Shown here: positions 10,772-19,786 of the stretch, one piece after another
Position numbering within the stretch: the first letter of the stretch is position 1
Layout: each line of letters starts with the position of its first letter
The notes under the pieces: model-generated
Databases searched by the model: none
Told to the model about the DNA's origin: nothing
Seen by the model: the letters and a program-made list of their open reading frames with translations, nothing else
Assembly (NCBI GenBank): GCA_018652335.1
Contig: JABICI010000141.1
Location: 1 to 55,174 of the forward strand
Source of the DNA: Flavobacteriales bacterium
GTDB lineage: Bacteria > Bacteroidota > Bacteroidia > Flavobacteriales > BACL11
Direction of reading: 5' to 3'
DNA length: 55,174 nt
Translations under genes and position numbers: made by a program

Positions 10772-10858
10772 TAGTTTATTTTAATATGCAAATATCTAAA
10801 AAATTAAAGTATATCATGGAAAAATAATCTTTACTTTGTGAATGTATTTTACAATTAA

Positions 10859-12109
10859 ATGTATTCAGTATTAAAATTTGGTGGTGCTTCAATAAAAGAT
10901 GTAAAGAGCATTAAAAATGTAGGTAATATTTTAACAAATTATTTGTCAAAAAATACTGTGATTGTTTTTTCTGCTATGGGGAAGGTGACAAATATGCTTG
11001 AAAATGTGGTTGAATGCTATTTTCAAAAAAGTAAGGACCCATTCAAAGAGTTAGATAAAGTCAAAGAATTTCATAATAATATTCTCGATAATCTTTTTCA
11101 GCAAAACCATGCTGTTTTTAACTCAATAAATAATTTATTCGTTGAAGTAGAGTGGGTTTTAGAGGAAGACCCTCATCAAAGTTACGCATATAATTATGAT
11201 CAGATTGTGTCCATTGGAGAATTTCTTTCAACTGAAATCATGAGTGCGTATTTAAATAAAATTGGCTTCATTAACACTTTAATTGATGTAAGAGATTTGA
11301 TTAAAACAGACAATAATCATAGGAATGCTAAAATAGATTGGTCGGAGACTTCTTTGGCTATAAAATCAAAAATAAATGATAAGACTTTTATTACTCAAGG
11401 ATTCATTGGTTGTACATCTGAAAATTTTACAACTACACTTGGTCGAGAAGGAAGTGATTTTACAGCTTCAATTATTGCTTCATCTATAGATGCTGCAGAA
11501 GTTATTATTTGGAAAGATGTTCCAGGTATGATGAACGCTGACCCAAAATATTTTAAAAATACAAAGTTACTAAAACAAATCTCATATGATGAAGCTATTG
11601 AATTAGCATATTATGGTGCCAAAGTTATTCACCCAAAAACTATACAGCCTCTTAAACATAAATCAATTCCTCTTCAGATAAAATCTTTTTTAACACCACT
11701 TTTAACAGGATCTAAGATTGGTTCTTTTAAAACAGATAATCAAGATTCTTGCTCATATATTATAAAGGAAAATCAGATCTTAATTTCTATTTCTGATTCA
11801 AATCTTTCATTTATAGTTGAGAAGCATATTAGTAAGATATTTAATTTGCTATCAAGGTATTCAGTTCGTTTAAATATGATGCAAAATTCTGCAATTTCAT
11901 TGTCAATATGTGTTGATAATGATAAGTATAAGGTACCTTCTTTGATTACGGCTCTTCAAGAAGAATTCCAAGTCTATTTTAATGAGAAATTAATTCTTTA
12001 TACAATCAGACATTATAATAATGATTACAATGACGATTTTTTAAATAATAAACAGATCTTATTAGAACAAAGATCAAGACATACGCTTCAACTTGTTGTT
12101 AAAAATTAA
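10859..12109 (+). CDS. lysC: Aspartate kinase (monofunctional, with C-terminal ACT-like regulatory region)
   Basis: 416 aa with the N-terminal VLKFGGASI amino-acid-kinase motif, TTLGREGSDFTA and a C-terminal ACT-like repeat. Confidence 0.85.
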   Translation: MYSVLKFGGASIKDVKSIKNVGNILTNYLSKNTVIVFSAMGKVTNMLENVVECYFQKSKDPFKELDKVKEFHNNILDNLFQQNHAVFNSINNLFVEVEWVLEEDPHQSYAYNYDQIVSIGEFLSTEIMSAYLNKIGFINTLIDVRDLIKTDNNHRNAKIDWSETSLAIKSKINDKTFITQGFIGCTSENFTTTLGREGSDFTASIIASSIDAAEVIIWKDVPGMMNADPKYFKNTKLLKQISYDEAIELAYYGAKVIHPKTIQPLKHKSIPLQIKSFLTPLLTGSKIGSFKTDNQDSCSYIIKENQILISISDSNLSFIVEKHISKIFNLLSRYSVRLNMMQNSAISLSICVDNDKYKVPSLITALQEEFQVYFNEKLILYTIRHYNNDYNDDFLNNKQILLEQRSRHTLQLVVKN

Positions 12110-12120
12110 TTTATAGATTT

Positions 12121-13611
12121 TTGAAAAAAAATAAAATAAAAGTATCTGTAGTAGGATCAGGAATTGGAGGTTTAGCCATAGCTGTTAGATTAGCTGTAAA
12201 TGGTTTTGATGTTAAAGTTTTTGATTCTAACAATCAGCCTGGAGGTAAAGCAGTAGATTTTTCATTAGATGGCTTTCGTTTTGATAAAGGACCTTCCTTA
12301 CTCACTATGCCTGAGAAGATAGATGAACTTTTCTATATTGCTGGCAAGAATCCTGCTGATTACATTAGTTACTCAAAAATGAATGAAAACTGTAGATATT
12401 TTTTTGAAGATGGTAATGTTATAAAGGGATATGCAAATCCGCAGCAATTTGCAAATGAGTTATATAAAAAAGAAAATGTACCTAAAAATAAAACCCTTAG
12501 GTTTTTAAGAAGAAATGAGTTTATTTTTAACTCAACAAATTATCTATTTCTAGAAAAATCGCTTCACAAGCTTAAAACATATCTTTCATTTAGAGTTATA
12601 CTTTCTGCTTTAAAGATCCCATGGCTTAATCTATTTTCTTCAATGCATACTGTTAATAGTAATACGTTTTCTAATCCAAAAATTGTTCAAATTTTTAATA
12701 GATACGCAACATACAATGGCTCAAATCCATATCAAGCTCCAGCAGTATTAAACAGTATTACTGCACTTGAGTTTAAAGATGGTGCCTTTTTTGCCGACAA
12801 CGGGATGAGTTCTATAGCAAAAGCAATTTATAAACTAGCTAAAGAAATTGGTGTTAAGTTCTATTTTAGTTCAGAAGTTGATAAAATAAAAGTTGGTAAC
12901 GGAAAAGTTGAAGGTATTATCGTGGACAATAAAGTAATAGCTTCAGATATTGTTGTGTGTAATACAGATATACATTATGTGTACAATAAATTATTGTCTA
13001 AAGAGTTCAACGTTCGCTACAGAAAGAATCAAGAAAGATCATCATCTGCAATAATTTTTTATTGGGGAGTTAATAAAATTTTTAATCAACTACAAATCCA
13101 TAATATACTTTTTTCTAAAGATTATAAATCTGAATTTGATTTTATTAAAGAAGGAAAGAAGATTTATTCAGACCCTACTATTTATATTAATGTTACTTCA
13201 AAAAAAATAAAATCTGACGCCCCAAAAGATTCAGAGAATTGGTTTGTTATGATAAATGTTCCACATGATAATAGTCAAGAATGGGACAAAATAATTAAAC
13301 AAACCAGAATACAAATTATTAATAAAATTAACAGAGTTTTGAAAACTAGTGTTGAGGATTATATTACTTCTGAGAGTGTTGTAGATCCAAGAAGTATAGA
13401 AATTGAATCTCATTCTTTTAAGGGAGCTTTATATGGAACATCTTCTAATACTAAAAAGTCAGCTTTTTTTCGTCATCCAAATTTTTCTAAAGACATAAAA
13501 GGTTTGTATTTTTGCGGTGGGAGTGTGCATCCGGGTGGTGGAATTCCACTAGTTCTCTCATCAGCGAAAATTGTTGAAGAATTAATAAATTCAGATTGTG
13601 AAAGAAAATAA
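12121..13611 (+). CDS. Phytoene-desaturase-family carotenoid desaturase (CrtI/CrtD type; context favours a CrtD-like 3,4-desaturase)
   Basis: 496 aa with the FAD Rossmann motif VVGSGIGGLA, GGKA...FDKGPS and a C-terminal GGSVHPGGGIP motif. The only possible start upstream of the Rossmann motif is a TTG at 12121, 11 nt after the lysC stop. A DUF422/CruF-like gene and a lycopene cyclase follow. Confidence 0.75.
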   Translation: MKKNKIKVSVVGSGIGGLAIAVRLAVNGFDVKVFDSNNQPGGKAVDFSLDGFRFDKGPSLLTMPEKIDELFYIAGKNPADYISYSKMNENCRYFFEDGNVIKGYANPQQFANELYKKENVPKNKTLRFLRRNEFIFNSTNYLFLEKSLHKLKTYLSFRVILSALKIPWLNLFSSMHTVNSNTFSNPKIVQIFNRYATYNGSNPYQAPAVLNSITALEFKDGAFFADNGMSSIAKAIYKLAKEIGVKFYFSSEVDKIKVGNGKVEGIIVDNKVIASDIVVCNTDIHYVYNKLLSKEFNVRYRKNQERSSSAIIFYWGVNKIFNQLQIHNILFSKDYKSEFDFIKEGKKIYSDPTIYINVTSKKIKSDAPKDSENWFVMINVPHDNSQEWDKIIKQTRIQIINKINRVLKTSVEDYITSESVVDPRSIEIESHSFKGALYGTSSNTKKSAFFRHPNFSKDIKGLYFCGGSVHPGGGIPLVLSSAKIVEELINSDCERK

Positions 13612-14239
13612 AGTCAAAATAGCAATATTTTTAATGTTTTTTCTAAACATTATCGGCTCATTTGGTTTGTTTTTTGATGAAATTGAAAACTTAATTCTAT
13701 TTCTTACACCTATTAATATTTTGATTCTTTTAGTATTGTTTTACTGGGCAAATGATTATAGAAAGAAAAGTTTTATATTCACTCTGACTTTAATCTTTTT
13801 ATTTGGATTTTTAGTTGAATTAATAGGTGTTCAGTATAAATTTATTTTTGGAGATTATTCATATGGCAATGCTCTTGGTCTTAAAATTTTCCAAACACCA
13901 TTAATTATTGGAGTTAATTGGATTAATCTTTCATTAGCATGTTTTGGAATTAGTTCATTTTTTGTTAGAAATAATTTTTTAGTTGCTTTAATTGCATCTA
14001 CTCTAATGGTTTTGACAGATTTTATAATTGAACCTCTTTCTGGATTACTTGATTTTTGGTACTGGAGTGGCAATCAGATTCCTTTACAAAACTATATTGG
14101 ATGGTTTCTTGTCTCATTGTTAATTCAATTATTTCTTGTTAGATCAAAAGTTGAATTAAAAATACAACTTTGTTTTGCTTTACTTATTTCTCAAATAATA
14201 TTTTTTCTTATTCAGTATATTAATCATGGGCTTTTTTGA
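13598..14239 (+). CDS. DUF422-type carotenoid biosynthesis membrane protein (CruF-like carotenoid 1,2-hydratase candidate)
   Basis: 213-aa polytopic ORF with the FGDYSYGNALGLKIFQTPLIIGVNW segment, which I recognise as the conserved core of this family. It overlaps the desaturase by 14 nt. The start is either GTG 13598 or ATG 13634. Confidence 0.6.
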   Translation: MKENKVKIAIFLMFFLNIIGSFGLFFDEIENLILFLTPINILILLVLFYWANDYRKKSFIFTLTLIFLFGFLVELIGVQYKFIFGDYSYGNALGLKIFQTPLIIGVNWINLSLACFGISSFFVRNNFLVALIASTLMVLTDFIIEPLSGLLDFWYWSGNQIPLQNYIGWFLVSLLIQLFLVRSKVELKIQLCFALLISQIIFFLIQYINHGLF

Positions 14240-14927
14240 AAATAAATATTTTTATTTTATTGTATTATTTATTACTGCAATATATCCCTTGATTCAATCT
14301 TTTGAAAGAAGATTAAAATTTTATAGATCATGGATATATTTATTGCCTTCACTTTTTGGAATGATGATTATTCATATTCCAATCGATATTCTTTTTACTA
14401 AAATTGGAGTATGGGAATTTAATAATGAATTAATTTATGGTTTTTTTATATTTAACCTACCAATAGAAGAATGGTTATTTTTTATAATAATTCCATTTTC
14501 ATGCTTATTTATTTATCAAGTCTTAAAGTATTTTTTTACAATTCCAAAGCCTTCAAAGGAAATCTTTAGAGTAACATTTTTTTTTGGCATTACATTAATG
14601 CTACTTGCTTTATATTTTTATGATAACATTTATACATCTGTCTATTTTGGCATACTAGGATTAAGTTTAATTATTGTTAATTATATTAAGCCTATATGGT
14701 GGAGTGATTTTTTATTTATGTACGCTGTATCTTTAATCCCATTTCTTCTTATCAATGGATTCTTAACAGGTAGTTTTACAAGTCAAGCAGTTGTAATATA
14801 TAACGAAGCTGAGATTATTGGGCTAAGAATTTTGAATATTCCTGTTGAAGATACTATTTATTCGTTCGAAATATTACTTACTACAGTTTGGTTTTACGAA
14901 TATTTCAAAAAGAAATTGCCTTTCTAA
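14226..14927 (+). CDS. Lycopene cyclase domain protein (fused CrtYc/CrtYd heterodimeric-type cyclase)
   Basis: 233-aa membrane ORF with two half-domains, each carrying the P-x-E-(E/D) motif (NLPIEEWLFF and NIPVEDTIYSF). It overlaps the previous gene by 14 nt. Confidence 0.7.
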   Translation: MGFFENKYFYFIVLFITAIYPLIQSFERRLKFYRSWIYLLPSLFGMMIIHIPIDILFTKIGVWEFNNELIYGFFIFNLPIEEWLFFIIIPFSCLFIYQVLKYFFTIPKPSKEIFRVTFFFGITLMLLALYFYDNIYTSVYFGILGLSLIIVNYIKPIWWSDFLFMYAVSLIPFLLINGFLTGSFTSQAVVIYNEAEIIGLRILNIPVEDTIYSFEILLTTVWFYEYFKKKLPF

Positions 14928-14977
14928 TTGTAAATTAAGTTAATTAATATCTAGCATCTTCATGCCTCTTTTTTAAT

Positions 14978-14985
14978 TATATTTG
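14978..14985 (+). promoter_or_regulatory. Bacteroidota-type -7 promoter box (TATATTTG = TAnnTTTG) for the 591-aa ORF
   Basis: Exact TAnnTTTG match 17 nt upstream of ATG 15003, inside the 75-nt gap after the carotenoid genes. A weak GCAT-cttc-ATGC hairpin plus T-run (14954..14974) precedes it. Confidence 0.45.
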
Positions 14986-15002
14986 CAGATTATAAAATTG
15001 CA

Positions 15003-16778
15003 ATGAACTCTCAACACACCTTTTATATTCCAGTTATGGGAACTGCATTTACTGCTGATTCACCCTTGAAGGTAGCTCATTATGGTATCAACACTGTTGT
15101 TGCATTAGCTGATGATGTTTTGTTAGAAAGACTTAGGAAGTACTACAGTGAATTATATAACATTTATTACTCTGAAATAAATAATAATACTAAAGATTAT
15201 CGTGCTGATCGTATCACATCATATCTTAATTTAGTACATGACATTGTTAGTAAAAAATATGATGAGTTTGTATTTACCACAAAAGAAAAATTTGAAGATA
15301 TTAAGAAGTATTACTCAATGCTTCCAGAACGTAGCGAGGTAAAGAAGGAATTTAATAAAATTATAAGCGAATCTTTTAGTTTTGAGGATTTATCAAAATG
15401 GTTAAAGGATAATCTTTCTATGGGTAGTATTGATGTAAATATTATGACTAAGGTTGATAAAGTCAATTATTTTAAAAAGGATAAATTGCCTTCTGAATTT
15501 AATGATGCGCATGCTGGCTTAAGGGGTTATGCAAGATCAAATTTAGCTTCTTCAGTTATTTTTTCTGCTGGAATGAATCCAAGATTATACGGTTATATCT
15601 CCAATTTTGATGATTTTTTCCCTCTTCAAAATGGCTATATTAAGAAAAAAATAATTTTAAAAGTATCTGATTTTCGTTCTGCTGTTATTCAGGGTAAATT
15701 TTTAGCAAAAAAAGGACTTTGGGTCTCTGAGTATCGTATTGAATCAGGTTTAAATTGTGGTGGTCATGCTTTTGCAACTGATGGATATTTAATGGGACCA
15801 ATCTTAGCTGAGTTTCGTGATAAGAGACAAGAGTTAATTGATGAAATATATTCAGTTTGTAAATCTGCTTTACAAACCTCAGGCAAAGTAGTTCCTGACA
15901 ACCAATTATCTGTTAAAATAACCGCTCAAGGTGGTGTTGCAACTTCTGAAGAACATAATTTTTTAATAGATCATTATAATTTAGATGTTGTTGGATGGGG
16001 AACACCATTTCTTCTTGTTCCTGAAGCAACAACTGTTGATAGTAAAACTAGAAAACAGCTGCAAGAAGCCAAAGAAAAAGATCTATATCTAAGTAATATA
16101 TCTCCACTAGGTGTCCCATTTAACACTTTGAAAAACTCAACTAAAGACATAGAAAAATTTGAAAAAATTAAAGAAGGAAGACCCGGAAGTCCTTGTCCGA
16201 GAAAGTTTTTAGCTTTAAGTAATGAATATGGTACTGAAGGAGTTTGTACAGCATCAAGATTGTTTCAAAAGAATAAAATTGAAGAACTTGGTATGTCTGA
16301 AGATATTACTGAAAAAGCATGTTTGTGTATGGGGCTTGCAGCTACAGCAGTTATTAATTATGATGTTAATACAAGAGAAAGTAAAGGAGTATCAATTTGT
16401 CCAGGACCAAATATGGCATATTTTTCAAAAGAGTTAACTTTATCTGAAATGGCAAATCATATTTATAATGATGCAGATGGGGTTGTAAGATCTGATCGTC
16501 CAAACATGTTCGTTAATGAATTGTCAATGTATTTAAAATTGCTTTCTGAGAAAATAGAAGAGCATAAACTAAGTTGGGGTAGGGCATCTGAAAAAAAACT
16601 AACTAATTTTGCTGACAATTTAAATAACGGTATTGATTATTACTTTGAGATGTTTAATAATGTTGACAATACTTTCAATGATATTAAAAAATCAGTTTTA
16701 GATTCACTTGATTCTGCTATGCATCATATGCATAACATGCAAAATGACATATCAGACCTTATCAAGAAAAATCATTAG
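15003..16778 (+). CDS. Conserved-looking hypothetical protein, 591 aa; possible highly divergent FMN-type (FabK/NMO-like) TIM-barrel oxidoreductase with extra domains
   Basis: Long uninterrupted ORF with non-low-complexity composition and its own -7 box. The motif order FYIPVMG / IDVNIMTK / VIFSAG / IILKVSD / ESGLNCGGHAF / ITAQGGV / VVGWGTPFLLVPEA parallels nitronate-monooxygenase/FabK-type barrels. The C-terminal ~245 aa contain five Cys. The function is not established. Confidence 0.85.
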   Translation: MNSQHTFYIPVMGTAFTADSPLKVAHYGINTVVALADDVLLERLRKYYSELYNIYYSEINNNTKDYRADRITSYLNLVHDIVSKKYDEFVFTTKEKFEDIKKYYSMLPERSEVKKEFNKIISESFSFEDLSKWLKDNLSMGSIDVNIMTKVDKVNYFKKDKLPSEFNDAHAGLRGYARSNLASSVIFSAGMNPRLYGYISNFDDFFPLQNGYIKKKIILKVSDFRSAVIQGKFLAKKGLWVSEYRIESGLNCGGHAFATDGYLMGPILAEFRDKRQELIDEIYSVCKSALQTSGKVVPDNQLSVKITAQGGVATSEEHNFLIDHYNLDVVGWGTPFLLVPEATTVDSKTRKQLQEAKEKDLYLSNISPLGVPFNTLKNSTKDIEKFEKIKEGRPGSPCPRKFLALSNEYGTEGVCTASRLFQKNKIEELGMSEDITEKACLCMGLAATAVINYDVNTRESKGVSICPGPNMAYFSKELTLSEMANHIYNDADGVVRSDRPNMFVNELSMYLKLLSEKIEEHKLSWGRASEKKLTNFADNLNNGIDYYFEMFNNVDNTFNDIKKSVLDSLDSAMHHMHNMQNDISDLIKKNH

Positions 16779-17688
16779 AAATTTTCTGAAATAATATTTT
16801 AGCGATTTTTAAATTACTTTCATGCGTCCAGCCTGCTATATGAGGACTAAGTATTACTTTTGAGCAATTTGTTAGATAATGTAGATTTTCTTCTAAACCA
16901 TCCTTTTTTAGATTTTCAAATGAGATATTTTCATATTCTAATACGTCTAAACATGCTCCTTGAATTTTACCGCTTTTTAATGATTTCACTAGATGTTCTG
17001 TGTTAACACATTTACCTCTAGCAGTATTTATTAGATAGATATTTTTCTTAAAATTATTTATATACTTATCATTGATCAAATATGATGTCTCCTCAGTTAA
17101 GGGGATATGTATGCTTAGAATGTCAGCATTCTCAAAAATATATTTCATACTAGATTTAAAAGGGTAATCTACAAGATATTTATCATAAGAGATAATATTA
17201 ACTCCAAATCCCTCTAGTAATCTTGAAAATGCAGATCCATTGTTGCCATAACCAATGATTGCTACAGTTTTTCCTGAGAGTTCAGTTCCACGATTTGTTT
17301 CTCTGTTCCAACAACCAGATCTAATCTCAGCATCTGCCTGTCTTAGATTATTAAATAGTGATAAAATCATACCCAGTGCATGTTCAGCCACAGCTTGTCT
17401 ATTTCCTTCAGATGCATTGTAGCATTTTATTTTTTGTTTTTTTGCGAAATCTATGTTTATATTTTCTAATCCACTTCCTGCTCTAGCAATAAATTTAAGA
17501 TTAGTTGCTTTTTTTATAAAATTCTCGTCTATGATAAATTTACTTCTTATAATAATCCCATTATATTTTTCAATTATGTTTTCAATTTGAAACTTACTTA
17601 AATCAAATGCAGTTTCACATTCGTGATTATTTTTTTCTAGCTCTTTTTTTAAAAGAGGATGAACGATATCAATAAAAAGAATTTTCAT
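16762..17688 (-). CDS. D-isomer-specific 2-hydroxyacid dehydrogenase family protein (NAD-binding)
   Basis: 308 aa with the NAD motif GIIGYGNNGSAF and a catalytic-region ...LSPHIAGWT. The 3' end overlaps the convergent 591-aa ORF by 17 nt. Confidence 0.8.
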   Translation of the reverse strand: MKILFIDIVHPLLKKELEKNNHECETAFDLSKFQIENIIEKYNGIIIRSKFIIDENFIKKATNLKFIARAGSGLENINIDFAKKQKIKCYNASEGNRQAVAEHALGMILSLFNNLRQADAEIRSGCWNRETNRGTELSGKTVAIIGYGNNGSAFSRLLEGFGVNIISYDKYLVDYPFKSSMKYIFENADILSIHIPLTEETSYLINDKYINNFKKNIYLINTARGKCVNTEHLVKSLKSGKIQGACLDVLEYENISFENLKKDGLEENLHYLTNCSKVILSPHIAGWTHESNLKIAKILFQKISNDFS

Positions 17689-17689
17689 T

Positions 17690-19042
17690 TTACAAGATTG
17701 CTTGTCCGATGTAGAAATATATGAATAATCCTAAGACATCATTAATTGTTGTAATAAAAGGACCTGTAGCTAAAGCAGGATCGATATTGTATTTCTCTAG
17801 AGTTAATGGTATTAGTGTTCCAAATATAGCTGCGAATACTACTACAGCTAATAATGAAATGCTTACTGTTGCACTAAGTAAAATTCCATATCCAAGAGCT
17901 AATGAAGATCCTAATATAATGACTGAACAAATTATACCGTTTAGAAGGCCTACAAAAAGTTCTTTCAACAATTTTTGAAAAATATTTTCCATTTTTAGAG
18001 ACTCCTTAGCTAGACCTTGAACAACAATTGCAGCAGATTGAACACCTACATTTCCGCCCATTGCTGCAATAAGTGGGATAAAAAATGCTAACTCGAAATT
18101 TTGCCTAAGATCAAATAACCCTATTATTCCTGCTCCTAAAATTCCTCCAAACATTCCAATTAATAGCCATGGTAACCTTGCTCTGGTTAGCGTCAAAATA
18201 GTATCACTACTTTCAACATCTTCAGAAATACCACTAGCTAATTGGTAATCTTTTTCAGCTTCTTCTTTAGCAACATCCATAATATCATCAAATGTTATTC
18301 TGCCAATTAGCTTTCCCATATTGTCAATTACTGGAATAGTTACAAGATTGTATTTCTGCATCATATTTGCAACATTTTCATTATTTTCTAAACAATGAAC
18401 AGAAATAATATTCTCATTCATTATATCTTTAATAGCAGTTGACTTTTCAGTTAATAATAATTTTCTTAATGACATTAATCCTAGTAATTTATCCTCATCA
18501 TTTACTACATATATTGTATATATATTTTTAAGATCGTTTGCCTGCTTTCGCATTTCTTTAAGACATTTTATTGTATGCCAGTTTTCATTTACTTTTATTA
18601 ATTCCTTTTCCATGATTGAGCCAGCAGTATCACTAGGGTAACTTAGTAAATCATTTATGTTACTTAATAGGACTTCGTCTTTGATTTGTGCAAGAACCTC
18701 TTCTTTTTTATCATTAGAGAATTCTCCTATTACATTTGCGGCATCATCAGTAGCAAGTTTGTCAATTACTACATTTGCTATTTCATTTGCAGTAAGATCT
18801 TCGAGTAACTTTTCTCTTGTTTCATCATCAAGTTCAATGATTATAGCAGCTAATCTTTCTTTGTCAGCTATAAGTTTGTAGAGATATTGTGCTTCTTTTG
18901 TATCTAATATTTCAATTATTTCAGCAATATCTGCTGTATGAATAGTATTAAGATTTTCAATTAATTTTTTAGATTGATCATTTTTTATTAATGTCTTTAG
19001 CTTTACAATATACTCACTATTTAACTCTAATTTAATTGACAT
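17690..19042 (-). CDS. mgtE: Magnesium transporter MgtE
   Basis: 450 aa with an N-terminal MgtE-N domain, a CBS pair and a C-terminal five-TM MgtE channel domain (GNVGVQS..., PFITTINDVLGL). Confidence 0.9.
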   Translation of the reverse strand: MSIKLELNSEYIVKLKTLIKNDQSKKLIENLNTIHTADIAEIIEILDTKEAQYLYKLIADKERLAAIIIELDDETREKLLEDLTANEIANVVIDKLATDDAANVIGEFSNDKKEEVLAQIKDEVLLSNINDLLSYPSDTAGSIMEKELIKVNENWHTIKCLKEMRKQANDLKNIYTIYVVNDEDKLLGLMSLRKLLLTEKSTAIKDIMNENIISVHCLENNENVANMMQKYNLVTIPVIDNMGKLIGRITFDDIMDVAKEEAEKDYQLASGISEDVESSDTILTLTRARLPWLLIGMFGGILGAGIIGLFDLRQNFELAFFIPLIAAMGGNVGVQSAAIVVQGLAKESLKMENIFQKLLKELFVGLLNGIICSVIILGSSLALGYGILLSATVSISLLAVVVFAAIFGTLIPLTLEKYNIDPALATGPFITTINDVLGLFIYFYIGQAIL

Positions 19043-19784
19043 GATTAGTTATTTTTATAAAATCATCAACTGATAATTGTTCTGCTCGTAAAGTTAGTAA
19101 ATCTTTAATTTCCTCTTCATTAATAAATTTAAAAGGCTTTAATGCATTTCGCATTGTTTTTCTTCTTTGATTAAATGATGCTTTTACAATGCGCTTAAAT
19201 TTATTTCCTTCAACACTTAACTCTTTTCGTTTATTTCTTGTTAATCTTATTACCCCTGATTTCACTTTAGGAGGAGGTATAAAGACATGTTCATCAACTG
19301 TAAAGCAGTATTCAACATCATAAAATGTTTGCATAAGCACTGATAAGATGCCTCTTTTTTTGCCTTTCTTGCAAGCTATTCTCTCAGCAACTTCTTTTTG
19401 AAACATCCCTATTATTTCATTGATTTTATTTCTATTTTCGTATGATTTGAATAATATTTGTGATGAGATATTGTATGGAAAATTACCAATTAAACAAAAA
19501 TTAAAACTAAATGTATCTTCAATATTAAGTTTCAAGAAATCTGTGGCAATTATATCTAGCTTTGGATAATTTAACCTTAGATAAAAAACACTTTCTTGAT
19601 CTATCTCAACTGCCTGAATATTATATTTTTTTTCTAAAAGAAATTTGGTAAGAATACCCATTCCTGGTCCAATCTCAACAACATTTCTTGCTTCTTTAGA
19701 AATAAGGTTTGTAATTTTTAGGGCTATTGATTCATCATTTAAGAAATGTTGTCCAAGATGTTTTTTTGCTTTTACATCTTTCAT
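19032..19784 (-). CDS. rsmA: 16S rRNA (adenine1518/1519-N6)-dimethyltransferase
   Basis: 250 aa with the LGQHFL motif, the SAM-binding VEIGPGMGILT and NFPYNISS. Confidence 0.9.
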   Translation of the reverse strand: MKDVKAKKHLGQHFLNDESIALKITNLISKEARNVVEIGPGMGILTKFLLEKKYNIQAVEIDQESVFYLRLNYPKLDIIATDFLKLNIEDTFSFNFCLIGNFPYNISSQILFKSYENRNKINEIIGMFQKEVAERIACKKGKKRGILSVLMQTFYDVEYCFTVDEHVFIPPPKVKSGVIRLTRNKRKELSVEGNKFKRIVKASFNQRRKTMRNALKPFKFINEEEIKDLLTLRAEQLSVDDFIKITNHVN

Positions 19785-19786
19785 TA

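Noticed and set aside
14933-14945. Palindrome AATTAA-g-TTAATT just after the lycopene cyclase stop
   Set aside because: It is pure AT low-complexity sequence, the 1-nt centre cannot form an RNA hairpin, and it is expected by chance at this base composition.
16222-16437. 71-aa same-strand alternative-frame ORF inside the 591-aa gene
   Set aside because: It is embedded out of frame in a much longer uninterrupted ORF, with no start context of its own.
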